Positions 37,390-44,226 of a stretch of DNA of 54,276 nucleotides are shown here, in pieces. Both the position numbers and the translations under genes were made by a program. The notes beneath the pieces were generated by a model. It had not been told where the DNA came from. It saw only the letters and a program-made list of their open reading frames with translations, and did no database searches. Every line of letters starts with the position of its first letter. The stretch's first letter is position 1. The stretch spans positions 1 through 54,276 of the IMG/VR virus record IMGVR_UViG_3300034102_000129; one strand, 5' to 3'. The DNA comes from a virus. Lineage: Duplodnaviria > Caudoviricetes.

Positions 37390-38508
37390 TTAGACCAACA
37401 GTTCCGGGTTATCCTTTACAAACTGCGACACCGCCGCATTGTTCTTGGCGAGTTTGTGTAACTTCGGAGCGTAGACCATCGATACAAAGATGGACTGCAA
37501 CTCCTTCGTCGTGGCTCGTTTGATGAACATCATCGCGCTCGTCATCTCGTCGTTCGTACTGATGGCATCCACCAGATTGAACATCGTCATGAACAGCGCA
37601 GCGGTTTTCTCTGGCAAGCGAACGCTCTCGGGGTTGGTGAAGATGTCGTTCGGTTTGATCAAATCACTGTTCATCTTGAAGAAGTTCGCCATGGACTCGG
37701 CTGCTGCTTGACCCACGATGCCGCACATTGCAGCAAGTGATAAATCAAACCCAAGCACCTCCCACAACTTGACCACAGAGTCGTTCTTCTCAAGCGAACG
37801 GGGTGATACGAACGACACATTGGTCGAGCGTGGGCTGAACACGTACGGATTGCCCGACACATCCCCGTCTTTGTATGACGCAAACGCAGAGTCATTGAGC
37901 GACACCCAAGCGCGGGTCAGCGCACTGATGTTGTTCTCACCCGCCCACGCTGCCCACTGCCTTGAACTTGGCCCACGCATGTTGAGCAAGCCAATGCGAT
38001 TGCCAACGTGTGCTTCGATGTTGTCGTTCACACCGTCTGACGAATAGTTAGATGTGCCGAACACCCTGCTGCCATCCGGCAATCTACGGTCACCGATGTA
38101 CCGCTCAAGAATCAAGCGAGTGACCAGTGGCTTCAACAACTTCGGCAATTTGAGTATCTCGTCAATCATCACCACCTTCGGTCGCGGGTCAGTGAAGTCA
38201 ATCAGCCCACTGACATACTGCTCGATAGTCTTCGTCTCGCGGTCTGGCATATACATTGACAGGTCGTTCTCGCGCAGCGTACCGCCGTCGATATAGACAT
38301 ACTGATATTTGTCAGTCGGGAAGTTATCCCCCGGCTTGCGCCACTTGTCACCGTTGCGTTGGGCAAGCAACTTCAAGATGGAAGTCTTGCCTTGACCCGG
38401 TGATGACTGGATGACATAAGTCACGCTCTCGCCAGTCAACTCAATGAGTCGGGCGGCCTCGTTGATGTCAACGGATGGCGCAGTGTTGATAGTTGTAGAT
38501 TTAGACAT
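37390..38508 (-). CDS. MoxR-like AAA+ ATPase
   Basis: Walker A SSPGQGKT, Walker B VMIDE, GTSN, NR and SPRS motifs. Adjacent to the VWA gene. Confidence 0.85.
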   Translation of the reverse strand: MSKSTTINTAPSVDINEAARLIELTGESVTYVIQSSPGQGKTSILKLLAQRNGDKWRKPGDNFPTDKYQYVYIDGGTLRENDLSMYMPDRETKTIEQYVSGLIDFTDPRPKVVMIDEILKLPKLLKPLVTRLILERYIGDRRLPDGSRVFGTSNYSSDGVNDNIEAHVGNRIGLLNMRGPSSRQWAAWAGENNISALTRAWVSLNDSAFASYKDGDVSGNPYVFSPRSTNVSFVSPRSLEKNDSVVKLWEVLGFDLSLAAMCGIVGQAAAESMANFFKMNSDLIKPNDIFTNPESVRLPEKTAALFMTMFNLVDAISTNDEMTSAMMFIKRATTKELQSIFVSMVYAPKLHKLAKNNAAVSQFVKDNPELLV

Positions 38509-38527
38509 GTGTTTCTCCTCGTTGTGA

Positions 38528-38545
38528 TTCCACCCATGGGTGGAA
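38528..38545. promoter_or_regulatory. 18-bp perfect palindrome TTCCACCCATGGGTGGAA (operator-like, copy 1)
   Basis: Intergenic, about 20 nt upstream of the AAA+ start. Identical copies at 40433 and 41077. Confidence 0.75.
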
Positions 38546-38549
38546 GTGA

Positions 38550-39458
38550 TTAATTGCCAAACCCAAACTTCGACAGGATGTCATCGACCTCTGCCTTGAC
38601 GTAGGCGCGGGTCGAGTCGTTCTTCTTCAACTCGTCCATGTCCACGCCAGTCAGCACCCGCTCCAGTTCAATGCGTATGGCATCCAACCGTGTGTCCCCG
38701 GCAGGGTTGAACTTCTTGAAGGTGTCGCAGAAAGCCAATGCTTTCTTGAGTGTTTCAGTATGCAAGCGACCGCGAGTGACCTTGAGTGAACCATCTTCAC
38801 GCTCGACCACATTCTCGCCACATGTGTGGGATATCGACTGCATGACCTCGACCAACTGATTGACCTGTTGATTGAGCATGTTGTCGATGGTGGACTGCGC
38901 TTGCTTGTTGAAATGATTGGTCAAGTCCTCGGCAAGGTCGTGGGCAATCTGCACACGGAAGTCACCCTGCGGTACTTCGGCGGTATACAGCCGCATGGTG
39001 AATTTGTTGCGTAGTTCTTCCACCGTGGGGTAGTCTTCGCGCCGAAACATCCCGTTCAACTTGAACGCCATGTCGCTCACCTTGTTGGGATATGCATTGA
39101 GGAAGTCCTCGCGCAACTCAATCAGTTTGGCTTCGAGTGCCTTGTACTCTTCGTTGAATGCGGGGTAGTTCACAATCGGCAAGATTCCCCACTGCCCTGC
39201 CCATGAATATGTTCGACGCTTGAACCAATTGCGTACGGTCTGGCGATGGTTCACCAACTTCTTGTGCTGCGGGTCACCGGCAAGCAAGTGTTTAGCGAAC
39301 TTACCGGCATCACGGTCAGTGTTCTTGAGCGCGGTAATCTCGTCGCTCACCTCGTCGTCGGTCTGTGTGCCAGTCCACACGGTCGTGCGGACATTGACCA
39401 GAATCGCAGATGTAGACAGATCGATCAGGCTCTTCGGCTTTGTCAATTGGATAGACAT
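38550..39458 (-). CDS. conserved helical phage protein associated with the AAA+/VWA pair
   Basis: 302 aa, with VWTG..D, YPTVEELRNKF and AAGGAG RBS. Confidence 0.7.
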   Translation of the reverse strand: MSIQLTKPKSLIDLSTSAILVNVRTTVWTGTQTDDEVSDEITALKNTDRDAGKFAKHLLAGDPQHKKLVNHRQTVRNWFKRRTYSWAGQWGILPIVNYPAFNEEYKALEAKLIELREDFLNAYPNKVSDMAFKLNGMFRREDYPTVEELRNKFTMRLYTAEVPQGDFRVQIAHDLAEDLTNHFNKQAQSTIDNMLNQQVNQLVEVMQSISHTCGENVVEREDGSLKVTRGRLHTETLKKALAFCDTFKKFNPAGDTRLDAIRIELERVLTGVDMDELKKNDSTRAYVKAEVDDILSKFGFGN

Positions 39459-39478
39459 TTGTTTGCTCCTTTGTGGAA

Positions 39479-39496
39479 TTCCACTCTTGGGTGGAA
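39479..39496. promoter_or_regulatory. operator-like palindrome variant (copy 2, 2 mismatches)
   Basis: TTCCACTCTTGGGTGGAA between the promoter and ATG 39458. Confidence 0.65.
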
Positions 39497-39545
39497 AATT
39501 AATTACTTGATATCGGCCAAAAGTTTACGCTCTACCAGTATGAAT

Positions 39546-39574
39546 AGTATATCAAAAGTGTACATATAAGTCAA
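39546..39574 (-). promoter_or_regulatory. sigma70-type early promoter
   Basis: TTGACT-17 nt-TATACT on the minus strand. Confidence 0.85.
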
Positions 39575-39960
39575 GCAACCATCGAACGATTGTTCGGCAT
39601 GAGCGGCACGTCGTTCATGGTCAGCCAGTCGTGCAGCACATGGACTGCATCACTGCTGTGTCCACCGACATGCCACACCTCGTTGAACTCGGGTTCAATG
39701 CCCTCCTCTGGGCCACAATAAGACGGGCCAACCTTCCAGTCGTAGATGGTCACGATGATGTATCGGTGTGCGTTGTAGTCGTGGAAGCGCAACACCCACT
39801 CGGCTTCAGTCTTGTAGGCATCTCCCGGCAGTGGCTGACCAAACAGTCGCACTAGGTCGCCGTACCGGACATTGATTACGCCTTGGTAGCATGTGCCACT
39901 TATTGCGTGGGGGTAGTCTTGGAACGCTTCGACTGACAACACTCTGTTCTGTAATGACAT
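39571..39960 (-). CDS. conserved hypothetical early protein
   Basis: GTCYQG..LFGQP..KTEAEW..TIYDWK..WHVGG. AAGGAG RBS. Confidence 0.7.
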   Translation of the reverse strand: MSLQNRVLSVEAFQDYPHAISGTCYQGVINVRYGDLVRLFGQPLPGDAYKTEAEWVLRFHDYNAHRYIIVTIYDWKVGPSYCGPEEGIEPEFNEVWHVGGHSSDAVHVLHDWLTMNDVPLMPNNRSMVA

Positions 39961-40012
39961 GATTAGGTCTCCTTCTATTAATTAAGTGATAGGCACGGCC
40001 AACTTGGTTGGC

Positions 40013-40216
40013 TCAAAACGGATGGACAGGGCGTGGCTGTGGCGGCTCGTCGAGCGGCAGTTCCATCTGCTCCCAACGCTCGTTGAGTTCGCGCCCAAAC
40101 TGGCGCATGGCGTCTTCAATGGCTTCGTAGTGCATCTGCTCCATCTGCCGTTGCCATGCCTCGTCGCTGTCCTGTGCAACCCACCAATCGGCGGGAATGT
40201 CTCGCGGGGTAGTCAT
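40013..40216 (-). CDS. small hypothetical early protein
   Basis: 67 aa, AGGAGG RBS, ATGA-coupled. Confidence 0.6.
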   Translation of the reverse strand: MTTPRDIPADWWVAQDSDEAWQRQMEQMHYEAIEDAMRQFGRELNERWEQMELPLDEPPQPRPVHPF

Positions 40217-40476
40217 CGGTAAAATCCTCCTTTGTTGTTGATGCCTTTCAAGTCTTCCAAGTCAGTGACCAGTATGTAGTTTGATTTGTGTAGGGGAACT
40301 ACACACCGTACTACCTGCTGGGCATTCGCTTCGCCACACGGCATACACAGGTAGATGCCAAGCGCCCATCGCCTAGCATCTACCGCTTCGCCGCACTTCA
40401 CACACAAGTCACTTGTCTCGTCAGATTCCGTTTTCCACCCATGGGTGGAAACATAATTAAGCGTTGCTCGCGTCAT
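40213..40476 (-). CDS. small zinc-finger early protein (CxxC..CxxC)
   Basis: CVKCG...CMPCG and PLHKSNY. GGGGAGA RBS before ATG 40476. Confidence 0.7.
   Translation of the reverse strand: MTRATLNYVSTHGWKTESDETSDLCVKCGEAVDARRWALGIYLCMPCGEANAQQVVRCVVPLHKSNYILVTDLEDLKGINNKGGFYR
40433..40450. promoter_or_regulatory. operator-like palindrome (copy 3), inside the 5' end of a CDS
   Basis: Exact TTCCACCCATGGGTGGAA, extending to a 20-bp perfect palindrome. Confidence 0.75.
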
Positions 40477-40499
40477 GATTTTCTCCCCATTTCCCATAT

Positions 40500-40528
40500 A
40501 GTATACCAAAGGTAGACATATAAGTCAA
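40500..40528 (-). promoter_or_regulatory. sigma70-type early promoter
   Basis: TTGACT-17 nt-TATACT. The spacer begins TATATGT, as in the promoter at 39546-39574. Confidence 0.85.
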
Positions 40529-40567
40529 TACTTCAAAGAACGAAAGTTGTGGAACGCGGATCGAGTT

Positions 40568-40960
40568 TGTTCCAGTTGTTCCAGTCTTGTTCCAGTTTTT
40601 TGTTTACATATGCGACAGAGTTTGGAAAACGGAGCGGGAGTGAGAGAAGTGTAAGTGATTGAATTTATTAGATAGAATAGAATTAAGTTTATATATAGTA
40701 GTAGAAAGTAGTGAAAAATGGTGCCTTTGTTCCGTTGTTCCAGTGTTTTAGGGGGAGAGCGGTTGGCAAAATGATAAGTTGATTCACCGCGCTGCAAACT
40801 TTCTCGCGCACGATTTTAAAATGCTTTCCCCCGCCCTATCCCGAAAAAACTGGAACAGTGGAACAAACCCGTTTTTTCTTAATGTAATCAAGCACTTGCG
40901 TGTTCCAGTCGATTTTGGAAACTGGAACAAAACTGGAACAAACACCTAAAAACTGGAACA
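40568..40960. repeat. iteron-like TGTTCCAG/CTGGAACA repeats around an AT-rich tract (putative replication origin)
   Basis: Exact 8-mers at 40568, 40577, 40588, 40736, 40901 (TGTTCCAG) and 40850, 40922, 40933, 40953 (CTGGAACA). AT-rich tract about 40655-40720. IHF consensus AATCAAgcacTTG at 40886-40898. Confidence 0.65.
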
Positions 40961-41076
40961 AAACATGATTGATTATATAATTAATCAACTTCAACCCAAT
41001 TTATAGGTTAATTACGTAATCAATCAATTTTGACCCCATCTAAAATGGCTAATTACGGCAAAATCTCAATTTGATT

Positions 41077-41094
41077 TTCCACCCATGGGTGGAA
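41077..41094. promoter_or_regulatory. operator-like palindrome (copy 4)
   Basis: Exact TTCCACCCATGGGTGGAA in the non-coding region. Confidence 0.75.
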
Positions 41095-41213
41095 TGGCCT
41101 GAATGGTGCGGCGGTTGATTGATTACATAATCAGCCACGCGATGTCGCGCAGCCTCGCACGCTCACACAAACAAGGAACTGGCATCGAAGATGCGCCCTG
41201 CAAAACGCAGGGC

Positions 41214-41250
41214 AAAAAAAAAGCCCCGACCGGACTAGTCCGGTCGGGGC
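41214..41250 (-). terminator. intrinsic terminator
   Basis: Perfect inverted repeat GCCCCGACCGGACTAGTCCGGTCGGGGC followed by 9 T on the minus strand, just after the 41267 stop. Confidence 0.9.
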
Positions 41251-41266
41251 AAGGTAGGCGCGTTAG

Positions 41267-41878
41267 TTACTTCTTGGTGTAGGTTTCAATTTTGGCAAGG
41301 TATGCTGCTTCTGCTGCTTTAATAGCCTCTTGAGGCCATGCAGCGGGGACACCCTTCGACCTAGCCGTGGCGTGCATCTTATCGATACCGGCTAGTGCTT
41401 TCATGCTGCGAGTAATCAGTTCGCCGGGAACTCTAGCCACCCCGGTTATGCCGCGTTCGCGTCGGGCTATCGTTTCAATGTAGGTATAGCGGTTTGATGC
41501 GTTAGTCTGCACCGCCTTACGCATTGCAGCGACCACCTTGTGACGGCCCGGCTCCGATGTTTTCATCTGACCAAGTTCGTGCGGGGTCGTTCTCATCACG
41601 GTGTCGGCATTGAACGACAGCACTCTACTAGTGTCTGCTTTCTTGGCATCAGCAGGTGTGACCATTGTGTAGGTGTCACCTTCCCGCAGGAAGAATCGCG
41701 TCGGGAATTTAGCCTTCGCACGATTCAACAGACCGGCGCGGATATCGGCCTCATCCTGTTCGGTTACCTTTTCGGGGAAGGTAGGTACGATAGCGACGAT
41801 AGCCATTACTGCGTCGATAAGTGAGTCGGCAGAGTCATAGGCTTTTTCTGCAGCGGTAATAAGTTTAGCGTTAGACAT
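41267..41878 (-). CDS. hypothetical monocistronic early protein
   Basis: 203 aa from ATG 41878 with GGAGA RBS, followed by its own terminator. Confidence 0.7.
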   Translation of the reverse strand: MSNAKLITAAEKAYDSADSLIDAVMAIVAIVPTFPEKVTEQDEADIRAGLLNRAKAKFPTRFFLREGDTYTMVTPADAKKADTSRVLSFNADTVMRTTPHELGQMKTSEPGRHKVVAAMRKAVQTNASNRYTYIETIARRERGITGVARVPGELITRSMKALAGIDKMHATARSKGVPAAWPQEAIKAAEAAYLAKIETYTKK

Positions 41879-41960
41879 GATGTAGTCTCCGATTGTGTGA
41901 ACGGGGTGCGATATTGCAACCCGTGAGTTACTTATAGGGTAACGCATTGCTCAAATCAAG

Positions 41961-41978
41961 TTCCACCTATGGGGGGAA
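41961..41978. promoter_or_regulatory. operator-like palindrome variant (copy 5, 2 mismatches)
   Basis: TTCCACCTATGGGGGGAA abutting a possible minus-strand TTGATT-17-TATAAG promoter (41931-41959). Confidence 0.55.
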
Positions 41979-42157
41979 AGGCTATCAGGCCCGACCCTAC
42001 CCCATCCCGCCCACCCGCTGCTGTTTGGGACTCCGGCCAACCCCCCATACCCCTGAATTCGCACAAACCACTTCACAAATTTTGACCCCCCACCCCTACT
42101 GTATAGAAACCCACCCCCTTTTCTTTTTGGTACCATGCTGTTTTTATATATAGTTAT

Positions 42158-42724
42158 ATGAACGTGGACGCATTCGTACCTGACATAGAAGAGGGCATAC
42201 CTCTGCCAAGCAATGCTTTGGAAGCGTTGCCAGACTTGACATCGACCGAAGAGATTGAAATGCGTGCCAAAACCATTAAGTTCTTCTCGGACTTGAGCGG
42301 GATTCTGATTGAGCCAAACAAAGACCAGCAGTTAGCCGCTGCTGATTTAGCACATCAAATGGTGCATGACCCCAAGATCAAACATGACTTTGCCAAATAC
42401 CCCAACGAAACCATCGCTTTTCTGGCAGGGCTTGTTGCTAAAACCAACCATGCCCTCGTTGAAGACCTTGCCACGCTTAAAAATTACGTCATAACGAACC
42501 TCGTTAAAGAGATTGAGATGACGAGTGACAGCAAACTTCGCGTGCAGGCGTTGAAGACGCTGGGCGAAGTAGACGGGATCGACGCTTTCAAGAAGCGAAG
42601 CGAGATCACACACGTGATCAAGCCCATCGAAGAGGTCGAAAAAGAACTCATTCAGGTTATATCTGTGCTAGAGAACGTTGAATACCACGTTGTAGATGGC
42701 GAGAATGCAGCAGATAACGCCTGA
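42158..42724 (+). CDS. putative terminase small subunit
   Basis: Helical 188-aa protein immediately upstream of and overlapping TerL. RVQALKTLGE motif. Confidence 0.55.
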   Translation: MNVDAFVPDIEEGIPLPSNALEALPDLTSTEEIEMRAKTIKFFSDLSGILIEPNKDQQLAAADLAHQMVHDPKIKHDFAKYPNETIAFLAGLVAKTNHALVEDLATLKNYVITNLVKEIEMTSDSKLRVQALKTLGEVDGIDAFKKRSEITHVIKPIEEVEKELIQVISVLENVEYHVVDGENAADNA

Positions 42725-44216
42725 AGGGTTGCAGAAACTGCGACTAGCCCTGCCAACAATGCCTGAAAAGGAGAAGCGGCGCATCGCTGACCTCCTAAAA
42801 CAGTACCAGAATCAACTGACGCAGCGTTTAGGCAAGGATTCCTTCTTAGATTTCATTACCCACGTATATCCCGGCTACAAAGTCGGGCCTCACCATCAAA
42901 AATTGGCTAGGATTTTCGAGGAAATTGCAGAGGGCAAGAAAAAACGGGTCATCGTTAACATCGCCCCGCGTCATGGTAAGAGCGAGATGATCTCCTACCT
43001 CGCTCCAGCGTGGTTTTTAGGCAAATTTCCGCAGAAAAAGGTCATCATGGCCTCTCACACTGCAGACCTTGCCGTGAATTTCGGGCGTCGAGTCAGAAAC
43101 CTAGTTGGATCGGAGCCTTATCGTGAGATTTTTCCGGGCGTGGCTCTCCAAGTTGACAGCAAGTCTGCTTCTCGTTGGGGTACGAATTTTAACGGTGAGT
43201 ACTTCGCTATTGGCGTTGGCGGCGCTCTTGCTGGCCGTGGTGCCGATCTCTTTATTATTGATGATCCTCACTCTGAACAGGAGGCTAAGCAGGGTCGTGC
43301 GGACGTATTTGAGCCAGCATGGGAGTGGTTCCAGTCAGGCCCGGTCCAACGACTGATGCCGGGTGGTGCAATCATCGTGGTTATGACCCGGTGGTCGAAG
43401 ATGGACCTGACCGGCAAGATCGTGGACCACATGACCCGCGAAGAAGACGCGGAGGAGTGGGAGGTCGTCGAGTTCCCAGCGATCCTGAACGACAAACCGC
43501 TCTGGCCTGAGTTCTGGAGTATCGAGGAGTTGCTGGCTAAGAAAGCCAGCATGGATGTGCGGTACTGGCAGGCCCAGTACATGCAGCAGCCGACCTCCGA
43601 AGAGGGGGCGCTCATCAAGCGGGAGTGGTGGCGGGTCTGGGAGAAGGAAGACCCACCCCACTGTGAGCACATCATCCTGTCGCTTGACGCTGCCCAAGAG
43701 AAGAACAACCGGTCAGACTACAACGCCTTGTTGACTTGGGGCGTGTTTTTCAACGAAGAGACTAAAAACTACAACATTATCCTGTTGAACGCCATCAAGC
43801 AGCGGTTGGAGTTCCCTGAACTGAAAGCCCTCGTACTTGAGGAGTACAAAAGTTGGCAACCGGACTCGTTTATCGTGGAAAAGAAGTCCAATGGTGCGGC
43901 GCTTTATCAAGAGTTCCGTCGCATGGGCGTGCCGATTAGTGAGTTCACGCCGGGTAAGGGGCAGGACAAGATCAGCCGCGTAAATGCCGTATCTGACCTG
44001 TTTTCTTCAGGTATAGTCTGGTCGCCTGACCGGCGTTGGGCGCATGAAGTTATTGAGGAATGTAATGATTTCCCCTCTGGCCGAAATGACGACTTGGTTG
44101 ACGCCACTACCTTGGCTCTCATGAGGTTTAGGCAGGGCGGGTTTCTCCGCTTGCCCAATGATGAGCCAGAACCGACACGGTGGTTCAAGAATCGTCGCGG
44201 TGCTGGATACTATTAG
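42705..44216 (+). CDS. terL: terminase large subunit
   Basis: Walker A NIAPRHGKS, Walker B FIIDDPH, VMTRW, nuclease SLDAA, IVEKKSNG and NDDLVDA. Start 42696 or 42705. Confidence 0.95.
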   Translation: MQQITPEGLQKLRLALPTMPEKEKRRIADLLKQYQNQLTQRLGKDSFLDFITHVYPGYKVGPHHQKLARIFEEIAEGKKKRVIVNIAPRHGKSEMISYLAPAWFLGKFPQKKVIMASHTADLAVNFGRRVRNLVGSEPYREIFPGVALQVDSKSASRWGTNFNGEYFAIGVGGALAGRGADLFIIDDPHSEQEAKQGRADVFEPAWEWFQSGPVQRLMPGGAIIVVMTRWSKMDLTGKIVDHMTREEDAEEWEVVEFPAILNDKPLWPEFWSIEELLAKKASMDVRYWQAQYMQQPTSEEGALIKREWWRVWEKEDPPHCEHIILSLDAAQEKNNRSDYNALLTWGVFFNEETKNYNIILLNAIKQRLEFPELKALVLEEYKSWQPDSFIVEKKSNGAALYQEFRRMGVPISEFTPGKGQDKISRVNAVSDLFSSGIVWSPDRRWAHEVIEECNDFPSGRNDDLVDATTLALMRFRQGGFLRLPNDEPEPTRWFKNRRGAGYY

Positions 44217-44226
44217 GAGAATCTAA

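Noticed and set aside
40525-40797. 90-aa minus-strand ORF in the origin-like region
   Set aside because: TTG start with no RBS, and it translates the iterons and AT tract, so it is probably non-coding.
40568-40960. Short repeats as a CRISPR array
   Set aside because: The units are only 8 bp, occur in both orientations and are irregularly spaced. There is no repeat-spacer periodicity and no cas operon.
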